A DNA stretch of 60,353 nucleotides from the NCBI GenBank assembly GCA_964474085.1, contig CAYYRJ010000015.1, positions 1-60,353 of the forward strand, given 5' to 3'. A program made the translations under genes and the position numbers. Source of the stretch: an uncultured Planctomycetales bacterium (GTDB lineage: Bacteria; Omnitrophota; Gorgyraeia; Zapsychrales; JANLHA01). The notes under the pieces are model-generated. The model did not search any database. It saw nothing but the letters and a program-made list of their open reading frames with translations, and was not told the DNA's origin. Shown here one piece after another: positions 7,728 to 16,902 of this stretch (position 1 is its first letter; every line of letters begins with the position of its first letter).

Positions 7728-9149
7728 ATGACTTCACCTGAAAAAACACAACTTGTCGTCATAGGCGGCGGACCGGGCGGTTATGCGGCCGCTTTTTTAG
7801 CCGCAGATTTAGGTATCGAAACAACTTTAGTCGACTTGGATGTCAATCCCGGCGGCGTCTGCCTTTACCGAGGCTGTATTCCCTCTAAAGCGCTTTTACA
7901 TGTGGCTAAAATCCTCTCCGAATCACGCGAAGCCAAAGACATCGGCATCGAATTTGCAAATCCGACAATCCATTTAGATAAAGTCCGCGCGTGGAAAAAC
8001 AAAGTCATTTCTCAATTAACCGGCGGGCTGGGCCAGCTTTGCAAACAGCGCAAAATCAAATTCATTCAAGGACGCGCGACCTTTTTAAATTCGGATTCTC
8101 TTAATATTCAAAAATCCGACGGCAGCACAATGCGATTGGCCTTTGACCATGCGATTTTGGCAACCGGCTCAACGCCGGTGACGCTTCCCTTTGCGCCAGT
8201 CTCGCCACGGATTTTAGATTCGACGACGGCACTTAATCTTGAAGATGTCCCCCAAAAACTGCTCGTTGTCGGCGGCGGATATATCGGTTTGGAACTCGGT
8301 ACGGTTTACTGCGAGCTAGGCAGTCAAGTCACAATCGTCGAGACGATGCCTTATCTTTTGCCCGGCTGTGACCGCGACTTAGGCGTTATTCTCGAAAACC
8401 GGATGAAAAAACATTTTTCCAGCCTCAAACTCGAAACTAAAGTCACTCAAATAAACGACATGCCCGACGGGGTTAAGGTCAGCTTTCAGGACAAAGCAGG
8501 CAATGTCACAAGCGAAAGCTTTGACAAAATCTTGGTTTCTATCGGCCGCAAGCCCAATTCCAAAAATTTAGGATTAGAAAATACAAAAGTCACTTTGACT
8601 GCCCGCGGCTTTGTGCAAGTCAATGCGCAGCGCCAGACAACAGACCCTAAAATTTATGCCATTGGCGATATTGCCGGCGACCCGATGCTCGCACACAAAG
8701 CCTCCCACGAAGGGCGCGTAGCCGCCGAGGCGATTGCCGGACACAAAGTGGCTTTTGAACCGATGGCGATTCCCGCTGTTGTTTTTACCGACCCAGAAAT
8801 TGCCTGGTGCGGGATTACCGAACCTGAAGCTTTGGCACAAGGCAAAGCGATCAAGGTCGTCAAATTTCCATGGGGCGCCTCAGGACGCGCGGTCACTTTA
8901 AACCGCACCGACGGGCTGACCAAACTGATCATTGATCCGCAAACCGAGCGGATTTTAGGCGTTTCGATTTGCGGAGTTGGCGCCGGAGAGATGATCGCCG
9001 AAGGCGTTTTGGCCGTCGAGATGGGGACACTCGCCACAGACTTAAAAATGTCGATTCATCCTCATCCGACACTTTCGGAAACGATGATGGAAACCGCTGA
9101 GAGCTTTTTTGGCCAAAGCACGCACATCTACCGGCCCAAGAAAGCGTAA
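7728..9149 (+). CDS. lpd: Dihydrolipoyl dehydrogenase (E3)
   Basis: FAD motif GGGPGGY, redox-active disulfide GGVCLYRGCIPSK, NAD motif GGGYIGLE, and C-terminal interface His-Pro-His-Pro-Thr-Leu-Ser-Glu. Confidence 0.93.
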   Translation: MTSPEKTQLVVIGGGPGGYAAAFLAADLGIETTLVDLDVNPGGVCLYRGCIPSKALLHVAKILSESREAKDIGIEFANPTIHLDKVRAWKNKVISQLTGGLGQLCKQRKIKFIQGRATFLNSDSLNIQKSDGSTMRLAFDHAILATGSTPVTLPFAPVSPRILDSTTALNLEDVPQKLLVVGGGYIGLELGTVYCELGSQVTIVETMPYLLPGCDRDLGVILENRMKKHFSSLKLETKVTQINDMPDGVKVSFQDKAGNVTSESFDKILVSIGRKPNSKNLGLENTKVTLTARGFVQVNAQRQTTDPKIYAIGDIAGDPMLAHKASHEGRVAAEAIAGHKVAFEPMAIPAVVFTDPEIAWCGITEPEALAQGKAIKVVKFPWGASGRAVTLNRTDGLTKLIIDPQTERILGVSICGVGAGEMIAEGVLAVEMGTLATDLKMSIHPHPTLSETMMETAESFFGQSTHIYRPKKA

Positions 9150-9172
9150 ACTTCTTCTTTTTTCGCTCTAAG

Positions 9173-9838
9173 ATGTATTTCGGCAATTTCAAAAAAATAT
9201 TTCTTGGCATAGCCTTATGCGGGCTTGTGCTTATCGGGATTAAACAGCCGATGGCGCTTGTTTTTGCAACAGCTGTTGCGGCCTTGCTCTTTGCAAAACC
9301 GATCAAGGAGCGGGCAAAACATTTTCAAACATCCTGGGATTTCGTAAGCATCGGAATTTTGTTGGGGATGCTGACGGAAATAGCGGCGATTTCTGACAAC
9401 ATCCACAAGCCGGCTCAAGAGCGAATTCTTCTGCATCCTGATCCGCTGGCTGATCTTTTTTTGGGTTTCTTTTTTTATACGCTTTTGATCGGCTGCTGGT
9501 ATGGCTTGCTGCGCTGTTGGGCGTTTTCGGTTACGCAGGTCTTTCTCTTGTCAGGAATTCTGGGCATATTGACCGAACAATTTAATCCGGCCCAAGGCGG
9601 TCCGGTTATCTTTCTTAATGCGATTTCAAATCCGATAGCGGGAATTCCGATGGCACTGCTTGTTGCCTGCGTCTACGGAATTTTTCCGGCACTTGCCTAT
9701 TTTCTTACTCAGCACACTTTTGACCATCGAAAATCAGTTTCTCTTAGAGCTTTTGCTACTAGTGCTGTGGCACTTTTTCTTCAATGGGTGATTTATAGAA
9801 TTCTCATCCTGCCATCACTTAAAAAATACCTTGGCTAA
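9173..9838 (+). CDS. Hypothetical polytopic membrane protein
   Basis: 221 aa with about 6 hydrophobic segments. No recognisable motif. Start uncertain. Confidence 0.55.
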   Translation: MYFGNFKKIFLGIALCGLVLIGIKQPMALVFATAVAALLFAKPIKERAKHFQTSWDFVSIGILLGMLTEIAAISDNIHKPAQERILLHPDPLADLFLGFFFYTLLIGCWYGLLRCWAFSVTQVFLLSGILGILTEQFNPAQGGPVIFLNAISNPIAGIPMALLVACVYGIFPALAYFLTQHTFDHRKSVSLRAFATSAVALFLQWVIYRILILPSLKKYLG

Positions 9839-10630
9839 AGACAAGACCGTCAACACTCCGCCAAACGTTGTAACAACACAAGCACCCGTTGGTAAATCAA
9901 GAAAATACGATAATATTATCCCTAGCACACTGACGACAAACCCAACGGCCCAACCAAAAATAAGCCGGGCTCTAGGATTGTCCATAAAAAGCATCGCGCA
10001 TACCGACGGCACGACTAGAAATGAGAAAACCAGAAGAACACCAGCAATTTTGACCGAGCTTGTCACAACAAAACCAAACGTGACATAAAAAAGAAAATCC
10101 CAAAACTTTACATTCAATCCTTGCTTAAAAGCCTGTTGAGGATTTCTCGAAATCAGAAGAAATTGCCGTCTAAAAATAAAGTGCACAACCCCAACCAAAG
10201 TATAAATCATCGCAATTTTAATCACTTGTGGCAAACCTACCAAGAGAATATTTCCGACGAGTGCCTGTTTGATCCTTTCGTCACCTTCTGCAGACTGGCT
10301 TAAGACTAAAATCAATAAAGCCGATGATACAGCATAGGCAATACCAATGATCGCTTCCTGTGGTATTTTTTCCTTTTTAAAACGAGTCATAGAAAAGATT
10401 GCTGCACCGATAATCGTAAATCCCAGCGAAAGCCAATAGGCGCTTACGCTGTCTAAATCCTGCCCCATAATCAAAGCAAAGCTCGCACCTAAGACCGAAA
10501 TCTGGGCGAGCGCCAGGTCCACAAAAATGACCTGACGCTCAATAACATGAAAACCCAGATAGGCATGAATCCCTGCAAGAACAAGGCAAGCGAAAAACGG
10601 CAAAACCATAATGTGCAGGAATTCCATCAT
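9815..10630 (-). CDS. Metal (Zn/Mn-type) ABC transporter permease, ABC-3 family
   Basis: 271 aa with about 8 TM helices. ZnuB/MntB-like sequence pattern. Adjacent to a cluster-9 substrate-binding protein. Confidence 0.8.
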   Translation of the reverse strand: MMEFLHIMVLPFFACLVLAGIHAYLGFHVIERQVIFVDLALAQISVLGASFALIMGQDLDSVSAYWLSLGFTIIGAAIFSMTRFKKEKIPQEAIIGIAYAVSSALLILVLSQSAEGDERIKQALVGNILLVGLPQVIKIAMIYTLVGVVHFIFRRQFLLISRNPQQAFKQGLNVKFWDFLFYVTFGFVVTSSVKIAGVLLVFSFLVVPSVCAMLFMDNPRARLIFGWAVGFVVSVLGIILSYFLDLPTGACVVTTFGGVLTVLSLAKVFFK

Positions 10631-10631
10631 T

Positions 10632-11549
10632 TTATTTCAATGCCTCACTAATCTGCCGAAAATTATAATCAAAAAAACCAAAGAAACTTTCGGTTCCTTT
10701 AACTTCCCCTGCACTTTGGCAGATCGTAACAACCTTCGCACCGACACGTTGCGATAATTTATCAGCTTCTGCCGGCGAATAATACGTCGGAAGAACAATC
10801 GCTTTTATTTTATGAACTTTCACATAATCCTCGAGAAATTGCAAATGCTTTGCAGTCGGCGGGATTCCAGGTTTCGGTTCAAAAAACTGCTCAGCTTTTA
10901 ACCCTAGGAAATCTGCAAAATATGCGATATCAGCATGATAAGAAATAATTTCCTCTCCGCGACAATGCCGACTAAGATCTTCCCATTCGTCGATCTTCTT
11001 ATCAAGTTCTCCAAGAAAACTCTTGGCATTATCTTCATAAAACGCAGAATTCTTCGGATCTTTTTCTTTCAATCTTTCACAGATCGTGCGAGCCATTATT
11101 TTGGCATTCTCCGGATTCATTTGAAAATGCGGATTACCAAAAACATGAATGTCCCCTTCGGCACGCGTCGGCGGATGATCTGGCACATCGAGCAAAAATA
11201 TCCCCGACGAAAGGTCAACATTACCGCTACCATTACGGAATAAAACAGGTTTTCCAGCGGCTTCCAATAATGGATCTGACCACGCTTCCAAATCCAAACC
11301 GGCGTTAACATACAAATCAGCTTGACTGACCTTACGCACATCGCTTGGTTTAGGTTGAATAAAATGAATATTGAATTTTGGCGAAGCAATTGTACTTACG
11401 TTAACCTTATCTTTACCGATCTGACGAACCAAATCCGCAAAGATCGCCTGAGTCGCAACAATGTTTATCGGTTTATCGGCAGCCATCAAAACAGCGGCGT
11501 GGCTGACAAAAAACAGAAACATCAGTATTAGTATTTTTTTCATCTTCAA
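10632..11549 (-). CDS. Metal ABC transporter substrate-binding protein (ZnuA/TroA family)
   Basis: Signal peptide plus a TroA-like fold pattern (..DLYVNAGLDLE.W.., DIHVFGNPHFQMNP, ISYHADIAYFADFLGL). Confidence 0.85.
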   Translation of the reverse strand: MKMKKILILMFLFFVSHAAVLMAADKPINIVATQAIFADLVRQIGKDKVNVSTIASPKFNIHFIQPKPSDVRKVSQADLYVNAGLDLEAWSDPLLEAAGKPVLFRNGSGNVDLSSGIFLLDVPDHPPTRAEGDIHVFGNPHFQMNPENAKIMARTICERLKEKDPKNSAFYEDNAKSFLGELDKKIDEWEDLSRHCRGEEIISYHADIAYFADFLGLKAEQFFEPKPGIPPTAKHLQFLEDYVKVHKIKAIVLPTYYSPAEADKLSQRVGAKVVTICQSAGEVKGTESFFGFFDYNFRQISEALK

Positions 11550-11561
11550 CTCCTTGGAATT

Positions 11562-12812
11562 TTATTGAATCTTATGTTTATGCTCCCCGATAGCAAAGGT
11601 GCCCTGAATATAAACAGCATTGTCGTCTTTTCCGGTAGCCAAATCCTTGTGCGTAAATTGTGTTCGCCAACGAGCAAACTCGCTTTGATAAAATGTTAAA
11701 TAACCTGTATACCCAATGTCCGCCTTATTGGGATTGTCTAGATTATCGACGAGTTGAACATTGTCATAACGAAAACCCGTTGCCCATTGCGGCGCAAAAC
11801 GAAAATCAACTAAGCCATACGAACCCCAAAGATTTCCGTCAACTCTATGGCGAACAGTCACCGTTGAGCCTAAGCCATCATCCTCGTCGACATCAAGAAA
11901 AGATTCCTTGCGATTAAGATTAAAAACTTCGCCCTGAAGCTTTAACGTTTGATTGGCGTTGAGGTTATGAACTAACGTCGCATCCGCACCAAAAACCTGC
12001 ACTTCAAAACTGGAATCAGCATCCCGAGAACCGATCATATGCGAAAATCCCAATTCAAAGCCGGTCGTGTCGTTGATGTCCAAATAATTCTTAAGATGAC
12101 TATAAATCGTCGGGCGACGATGAATATCATCACCAAAAGCCGTACCGCCTTCGCCATTACCCCCTTCCAAAACACCGATCGACACCTGCTGAGTCACCGG
12201 AATCGGGAAATTAAGCGTCTTGGTTAAATCAAGTCCATTTTTATTAAAACCCTCAGCACCAAAATACCTTTGAATAACCAACGGTTCGTCGACCGTATCT
12301 AAACTATCGCGATGAACCACAATCGCTTTCCCGACTTTGGGCTTAAACTTACCGAAGCGCCCTGTCGTTTCAAATGGTAAAGCAAACCGAGTCAGGTATG
12401 CTTCTTCCAAAGCGGCACCTTCCTCTTCTGAAAACGCAACTGTGACATCTAAACGCGAAAATGGATCCACGTTGCTTCCTAAAACAAGTTCAACTTCTCT
12501 AACATTGATCCGATCAGAACCTTCGGTATCCGTTTTAGTGCTGTCTAGTGTTCCAACGATATCCGCAACAACACCGATTTCGGGCAACCACTTTGGCGCG
12601 GAAACACGCGAGGCGGAAGATACAACAGCTGATGGACCTTGTTTCTGCTCTAATTGTTTCTCCATAACTTTTAGCTGGTCTTGCAACATTTGGATTTGTG
12701 TTTTCATTGTCGCAACATCCACAGCCAAATCATCACTCGCGTGTAACGGAAGAACTGGAATACAAAATAAAGAAATAAACAGAAATGCCTTTAAAAATAA
12801 AGACGTACGCAT
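11562..12812 (-). CDS. Putative outer-membrane beta-barrel porin with an N-terminal coiled-coil
   Basis: Signal peptide, coiled segment (MKTQIQMLQDQLKVMEKQLEQ), then alternating-hydrophobicity strands with an aromatic-rich C-terminus. First large gene of the metal-uptake operon. Confidence 0.6.
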   Translation of the reverse strand: MRTSLFLKAFLFISLFCIPVLPLHASDDLAVDVATMKTQIQMLQDQLKVMEKQLEQKQGPSAVVSSASRVSAPKWLPEIGVVADIVGTLDSTKTDTEGSDRINVREVELVLGSNVDPFSRLDVTVAFSEEEGAALEEAYLTRFALPFETTGRFGKFKPKVGKAIVVHRDSLDTVDEPLVIQRYFGAEGFNKNGLDLTKTLNFPIPVTQQVSIGVLEGGNGEGGTAFGDDIHRRPTIYSHLKNYLDINDTTGFELGFSHMIGSRDADSSFEVQVFGADATLVHNLNANQTLKLQGEVFNLNRKESFLDVDEDDGLGSTVTVRHRVDGNLWGSYGLVDFRFAPQWATGFRYDNVQLVDNLDNPNKADIGYTGYLTFYQSEFARWRTQFTHKDLATGKDDNAVYIQGTFAIGEHKHKIQ

Positions 12813-12859
12813 TATTTTCTCCTTTGAAAATCAAAAGTATTTAATTTAAAGAAAAAAAA

Positions 12860-13195
12860 CTAAGAGTAAGAGAAAGCCACTGGGGGTCCGCGAGAAAATC
12901 GCGTTAAAACGAATTGCAGTTTAAAGAAAGCCTGTCCGGCAAAATAAACCGAACCAACTAAAAACAAAACAAAAGAACTAAATTCAACGAGAGATACGAT
13001 ACTAAACGGTGTATGCGCCCAAACAGAGACAGGGCAATCGTTGTGCTCTTTAGTGTGAAAAGGATCGTCCGTGTGATTGTGAAAGAAGCCGGCAGAAAGA
13101 GCAGTCGCAAGAAAGAAAAAACAAAAAATAGTAAGCCTAAGCTTGTTCTTTAGAATATTCTGACGAAAATTTCTCAGTGATTGCATAGTACGCAT
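12860..13195 (-). CDS. Small membrane protein with a His-rich motif (HNHTDDPFHTKEHNDCP)
   Basis: 111 aa with two hydrophobic segments. The His/Cys-rich loop suggests metal binding. The function is an inference only. Confidence 0.5.
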   Translation of the reverse strand: MRTMQSLRNFRQNILKNKLRLTIFCFFFLATALSAGFFHNHTDDPFHTKEHNDCPVSVWAHTPFSIVSLVEFSSFVLFLVGSVYFAGQAFFKLQFVLTRFSRGPPVAFSYS

Positions 13196-13240
13196 TATAA
13201 AAATCTAACCCTACATGTCAAATTGTTTAAAAATATACTC

Positions 13241-13768
13241 TTAAAATTTATCCTGTGGAATACGAATATCTATCCGATCCCCGACGCGCATGTCGTGCTC
13301 GGCGGCCTGGGCGGCATTGATTTCCAATACATAGGACGCCCGGGCATTAGGGCCAAACATAGGGCAAGGATCTTTTTCGCAGGGAGAAGCGGCATGCTCG
13401 ATATACACAATCTTTCCGTCATAATCAAGCCACAACATATCCAGCGGGATTACGGTGTCTTTCATCCAAAACTTTTGTGACGAGCGCCCGTCAAAAACAA
13501 ATAACATCCCCTTGTCTTTGTCGAGCGTCTCTCTTTTTTTCAGGCCGTTTGTTTTTTCTTCCTCAGAAATCGCAAGTTCAACGATATAACATGTATTTTT
13601 AAAACAGGCTTTATTTTGTTTAGGTTGCGCGTTACAGCCAGTGAGCAAATGAACACATACTATTGCAGCGAGTCCCTGTGGGACGAGCAAAGCGAAGTAA
13701 TTTCTTAAAGATTGCTTCGTCGCCTTAAAAATCTGAACAGCTCCTCGCGATGACACAATCTTTTTCAT
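13241..13768 (-). CDS. DUF192 domain-containing protein (lipoprotein-like signal)
   Basis: Pattern GMLFVF......FWMKDT.IPLDMLW.D..G.IV.I....PC.......Y....A.YVLE...G is characteristic of DUF192. Confidence 0.8.
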   Translation of the reverse strand: MKKIVSSRGAVQIFKATKQSLRNYFALLVPQGLAAIVCVHLLTGCNAQPKQNKACFKNTCYIVELAISEEEKTNGLKKRETLDKDKGMLFVFDGRSSQKFWMKDTVIPLDMLWLDYDGKIVYIEHAASPCEKDPCPMFGPNARASYVLEINAAQAAEHDMRVGDRIDIRIPQDKF

Positions 13769-14553
13769 TGTTTGTCACTCCCAATCAAATTCAAATAATC
13801 GCGAAAGCTTAAGCTTCCGCTGATCGTCTTGTTGACCACCGCGATACGTTCCTTTGGGTATGGATGGGTCCGAAAATAATTAGCCTCCCCCAGCTGCCTT
13901 TTTTCTTCTTCTTTCATCAACACTTCAAGAACATAAATCATCCGTGCAGGATTAAACCCGGCTTTTTTCATATATTTCACAGCTAGCTCGTCGGCCTGAT
14001 ACTCATCTTCACGCGAATAGGCAAAATACAACGAAGTAATGATCGCATTAACCCCTTGCGCTAACTGCGCATCGCCCGAACCGATGGCGGCCACTTGCAC
14101 CAAAAGCGAACCATAAGAATTTTGAATACGCTTTAACCCGTGCTTGGCTGTAATATGCGCAATTTCATGGGCAAGGACACCGGCAATCTGATCATCCTCG
14201 GGAAGTTTGTCTAAAAGACCTTTGTGGATGTAAACAAAACCGCCGGGGATACTAAAGGCGTTGACTGTATCATCGTCGATAATATTAATCGAAAAAACCA
14301 AATCTTGGCGGTCGCTGACGTCGACTAAGCGTTTAAAAATTCTCTGGACCTTCGCATTAATATCCAACTCGGTAACAAATTTAATTTCTTTAGCGATTTC
14401 GGCGGCAACGGCATTGCCCAAATTGATTTCCTTTTCACTGCCATAAAGCAGGCTCTCTTCTTTTCCCGTCGCCAAATTGTATTCGTTGGTGCAGCCGGAT
14501 GAAAAAAGAAAAATGAAAAAAATAAAACAAAAATTATTAATAATCTTAAACAT
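13765..14553 (-). CDS. M48-family zinc metalloprotease (lipoprotein)
   Basis: HEIAH zinc motif (LAHEIAHITAKH), a downstream E (EDEYQADE), and a lipobox-like signal ending SSGC. Confidence 0.85.
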   Translation of the reverse strand: MFKIINNFCFIFFIFLFSSGCTNEYNLATGKEESLLYGSEKEINLGNAVAAEIAKEIKFVTELDINAKVQRIFKRLVDVSDRQDLVFSINIIDDDTVNAFSIPGGFVYIHKGLLDKLPEDDQIAGVLAHEIAHITAKHGLKRIQNSYGSLLVQVAAIGSGDAQLAQGVNAIITSLYFAYSREDEYQADELAVKYMKKAGFNPARMIYVLEVLMKEEEKRQLGEANYFRTHPYPKERIAVVNKTISGSLSFRDYLNLIGSDKQ

Positions 14554-14566
14554 TTTGTTTTTCCTT

Positions 14567-14608
14567 AACTGCCCCCCCTCTTTAAAAAAGAGGGGATTAA
14601 GAGGAGTT
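14567..14608 (+). repeat. R-family hairpin-plus-tail repeat (R1): CCCCTCTTT-AAAAAA-GAGGGG + ATTAAGAGGAGTT
   Basis: Same unit recurs at 15839-15874, 31683-31717 (inverted), 31762-31796 and 42948-42982 (inverted, inside lolD). Variants occur at 48966-49009 and 49734-49765. Confidence 0.85.
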
Positions 14609-14609
14609 C

Positions 14610-15188
14610 TTACAATATACTCACTCCAAAACTTTTAAGCATCACGCGCAACTTAGGCAAGGGCAAACCGATCACATTGCTATAACAGCCCTCTACCCGA
14701 CGGATAAAAAGCCCGCCGCGGCCTTCGATATCAAAGCCGCCCGCCTTATCCAAAGGATTGGTATGCTTGTGGTATTCGGCAATTTCCTCATCCGAAAGCT
14801 TGTGCATATACAGCTTTGTCTTTTCATAATCAATGAGCGTCTGCCCACTCTTCGCGTCAATGATCGCTACCCCCGTATAAACCCAGTGCGGACCCGAACA
14901 TAAAAGCCGCAAAATCCGTTTGGCATCCGCCAAATCCTTGGGCTTGCCAATCACCCGACGGTGCCCGGCATACACCAGCGTGTCAGCACCAATCACAAGG
15001 TCCTGTTGACAACGATTTGCAACATCACGGGCTTTTAAAAGCGCATTATGCTTGACGAGCCCGGAGCAATTAGCCGTGATCTTATGCAATTCCTGCGCAC
15101 GGCTGGGCACGACGCTAAATTTTACGCCCGCCATTTCCAAAAGTTTTTTGCGCTGTGCCGAAGCTGAAGCCAAAATAATTTTTTGCAT
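14610..15188 (-). CDS. maf: Maf-like nucleoside triphosphate pyrophosphatase (septum formation protein Maf)
   Basis: 192 aa. ILAS.S..R..LL N-terminus, GADT, and a KAGGFDIEG-type C-terminal motif. Confidence 0.88.
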   Translation of the reverse strand: MQKIILASASAQRKKLLEMAGVKFSVVPSRAQELHKITANCSGLVKHNALLKARDVANRCQQDLVIGADTLVYAGHRRVIGKPKDLADAKRILRLLCSGPHWVYTGVAIIDAKSGQTLIDYEKTKLYMHKLSDEEIAEYHKHTNPLDKAGGFDIEGRGGLFIRRVEGCYSNVIGLPLPKLRVMLKSFGVSIL

Positions 15189-15226
15189 TTTTAATGATCT
15201 GAATATATTTCAATTTGGTTTAGGTT

Positions 15227-15359
15227 GACCTTACGCCGGACCGCTCGCAAGCCCCTGCGAGGCTTGACTTCGCTCGATGTTCGGACTCGCTCTCCCGCCT
15301 TTGGCGGGATCCATGCCCGCTCGTCCTCACAACGTCCGTCTTAAAGGTCAACCTAAACC
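15227..15359 (-). repeat. F-family long imperfect palindrome (F1, 133 nt)
   Basis: 16-bp terminal arms GGTTTAGGTTGACCTT/AAGGTCAACCTAAACC. Interior carries CGAGCG-type repeats and a TCCCGCC-TTT-GGCGGGA hairpin. On the minus strand it shares GACGAGCG...TCGAGCGA..AAGTC with 41561-41688. Confidence 0.7.
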
Positions 15360-15372
15360 CAAAATAATTTCT

Positions 15373-15789
15373 TTATTCATCCCACGCAATGGATTCTGCC
15401 GGAGGCATATTCTCGACGATTGCATCATTCTGCGCAATCGGCTGTGAACCACCAGAAGAGTCGTCGCGTTTCTTAGCTAAAAAATGCACGTTATTTGCCG
15501 AAATCCGCACACGGCTTTGCGTCTTGCCGTCTTTTTCCCAACGATCCTGCTTAAGGCGGCCTTCGACAATAACGCCGCTGCCCTTGGTCAAATATTTGGC
15601 ACAATTTTCTCCCACAACACCCCAAACCTCGACGTCAAAATATGAAACTTCCGAAACCTTTTCACCGTTTTTCGTATAAATACGATTGTTAGCAATCGAC
15701 ATGCTGCAAACCGATTTACCCGCCGGCGTGTACTTTAATTCGGGATCTCTTGTTAAATTACCCATCAAATTCACACTGTTTAAACTCAT
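15373..15789 (-). CDS. ssb: Single-stranded DNA-binding protein
   Basis: OB-fold N-terminus (NLMGNLTRDPELKYTP.G..V....IA.N), a Gly/Pro-poor flexible tail and an acidic C-terminus (IAWDE). Confidence 0.88.
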   Translation of the reverse strand: MSLNSVNLMGNLTRDPELKYTPAGKSVCSMSIANNRIYTKNGEKVSEVSYFDVEVWGVVGENCAKYLTKGSGVIVEGRLKQDRWEKDGKTQSRVRISANNVHFLAKKRDDSSGGSQPIAQNDAIVENMPPAESIAWDE

Positions 15790-15838
15790 TGCTTTGCCCT
15801 TTCGTTTATATTTTAAAATTAGGGTAGTGTCATAAATT

Positions 15839-15874
15839 CCCCCTCTTTATTTAAAGAGAGGGTTAGGGGGAGTT
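15839..15874 (+). repeat. R-family repeat (R2): CCCCCTCTTTATTTAAAGAGAGGG + TTAGGGGGAGTT
   Basis: Hairpin plus tail. Directly downstream of the pyrE stop. Confidence 0.8.
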
Positions 15875-15875
15875 C

Positions 15876-16433
15876 TTATTTCAAAAATTCTTCCGCCTTA
15901 AAAATCGAAATCAATTCACAGCCGCGCGCCGCAACCGCTTGACGCGCCCCTTCATTACGGTCGATAATACAAATACATTTGTTAACCTTGATCCCGATTT
16001 TATCCAGAACATCCAGCGATTCGACAAACGCTTTTCCGGTCGTCGCCACATCATCAATCAAAATGACCGTCGCCCCGTCAGGAATAATCGGCCCTTCGAT
16101 CTGCTGCTGTTTGCCGTGCGCCTTGGGCGCTTTGCGAATAATAAACGTATTGACCGGTTTGCCCGCCTCAAATGACAAAACGCCCAATGCCCCGACCAAG
16201 GGATCCGCACCCAACGTCGGCCCGCCGATTGCAGCCAACGGCTCATCTTTAATCAAGTCCAAAATAATTTTGGCGCACAAATACGCCCCTTCGGCCTTCA
16301 AAGTGACCCGCCGGGCATCCAGATAATAATCGCTTTCTTTTCCCGACGATAGAATAATCTTTCCTAAAAAAAAGGCTTCCTGCTTTAAAATGTCAAACAG
16401 CCGTTTTCGCTCTTGCATTAAATCTTGGTTCAT
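15876..16433 (-). CDS. pyrE: Orotate phosphoribosyltransferase
   Basis: PRPP-binding motif VILIDDVATTGK. Type I PRTase of typical length (185 aa). Confidence 0.88.
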   Translation of the reverse strand: MNQDLMQERKRLFDILKQEAFFLGKIILSSGKESDYYLDARRVTLKAEGAYLCAKIILDLIKDEPLAAIGGPTLGADPLVGALGVLSFEAGKPVNTFIIRKAPKAHGKQQQIEGPIIPDGATVILIDDVATTGKAFVESLDVLDKIGIKVNKCICIIDRNEGARQAVAARGCELISIFKAEEFLK

Positions 16434-16445
16434 AAAGATCCTTTC

Positions 16446-16769
16446 TTAATTGCGCTCTTCATCGATAGAGGGGATATCCAGCTGACGATGCTGCAATTCA
16501 CTTTTGAGTTCATAGCGAAACCGCAATAAACTTTTGTATTCCTGATATTCTTTGGGGCTAAAACCGGAAGTTTTATGAAAAATCTTGATCGCTTCAATTT
16601 CGATAATGGTGTCCAGATAAACAGATGTTAAAGCGCTGTCAGATAATTTCACAATGTCTTTAGCTGACAAAACACTGACCGCACTCGGGTAGGCAAAGCT
16701 CGATGTTGGGAAAAATAACCCACAAAAAAAGTTCAATAAAAGCAACAATGAAAAAAATTTCTTTACCAT
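16446..16769 (-). CDS. Hypothetical secreted protein
   Basis: 107 aa with an N-terminal signal peptide (..FFPTSSFA). No recognisable motif. Confidence 0.5.
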   Translation of the reverse strand: MVKKFFSLLLLLNFFCGLFFPTSSFAYPSAVSVLSAKDIVKLSDSALTSVYLDTIIEIEAIKIFHKTSGFSPKEYQEYKSLLRFRYELKSELQHRQLDIPSIDEERN

Positions 16770-16798
16770 AGTCCCTCCCTTGGTTAAGCGCGACGTAT

Positions 16799-16841
16799 TA
16801 TACGCATAAAACTCTTTTGCTTCAAACGATTTATGCGTATA
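16799..16841. promoter_or_regulatory. Perfect 12-bp inverted repeat TATACGCATAAA-N19-TTTATGCGTATA in a divergent promoter region
   Basis: Read directly from the sequence. Lies between the divergently oriented genes 16446-16769 (-) and 16903-17370 (+). Could be an operator or an RNA hairpin. Confidence 0.35.
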
Positions 16842-16902
16842 TGTCCAGGAAAAGTTATATTATTACTCCTAATTTATAAAATAATGTGGTATATATTTAT
16901 CT

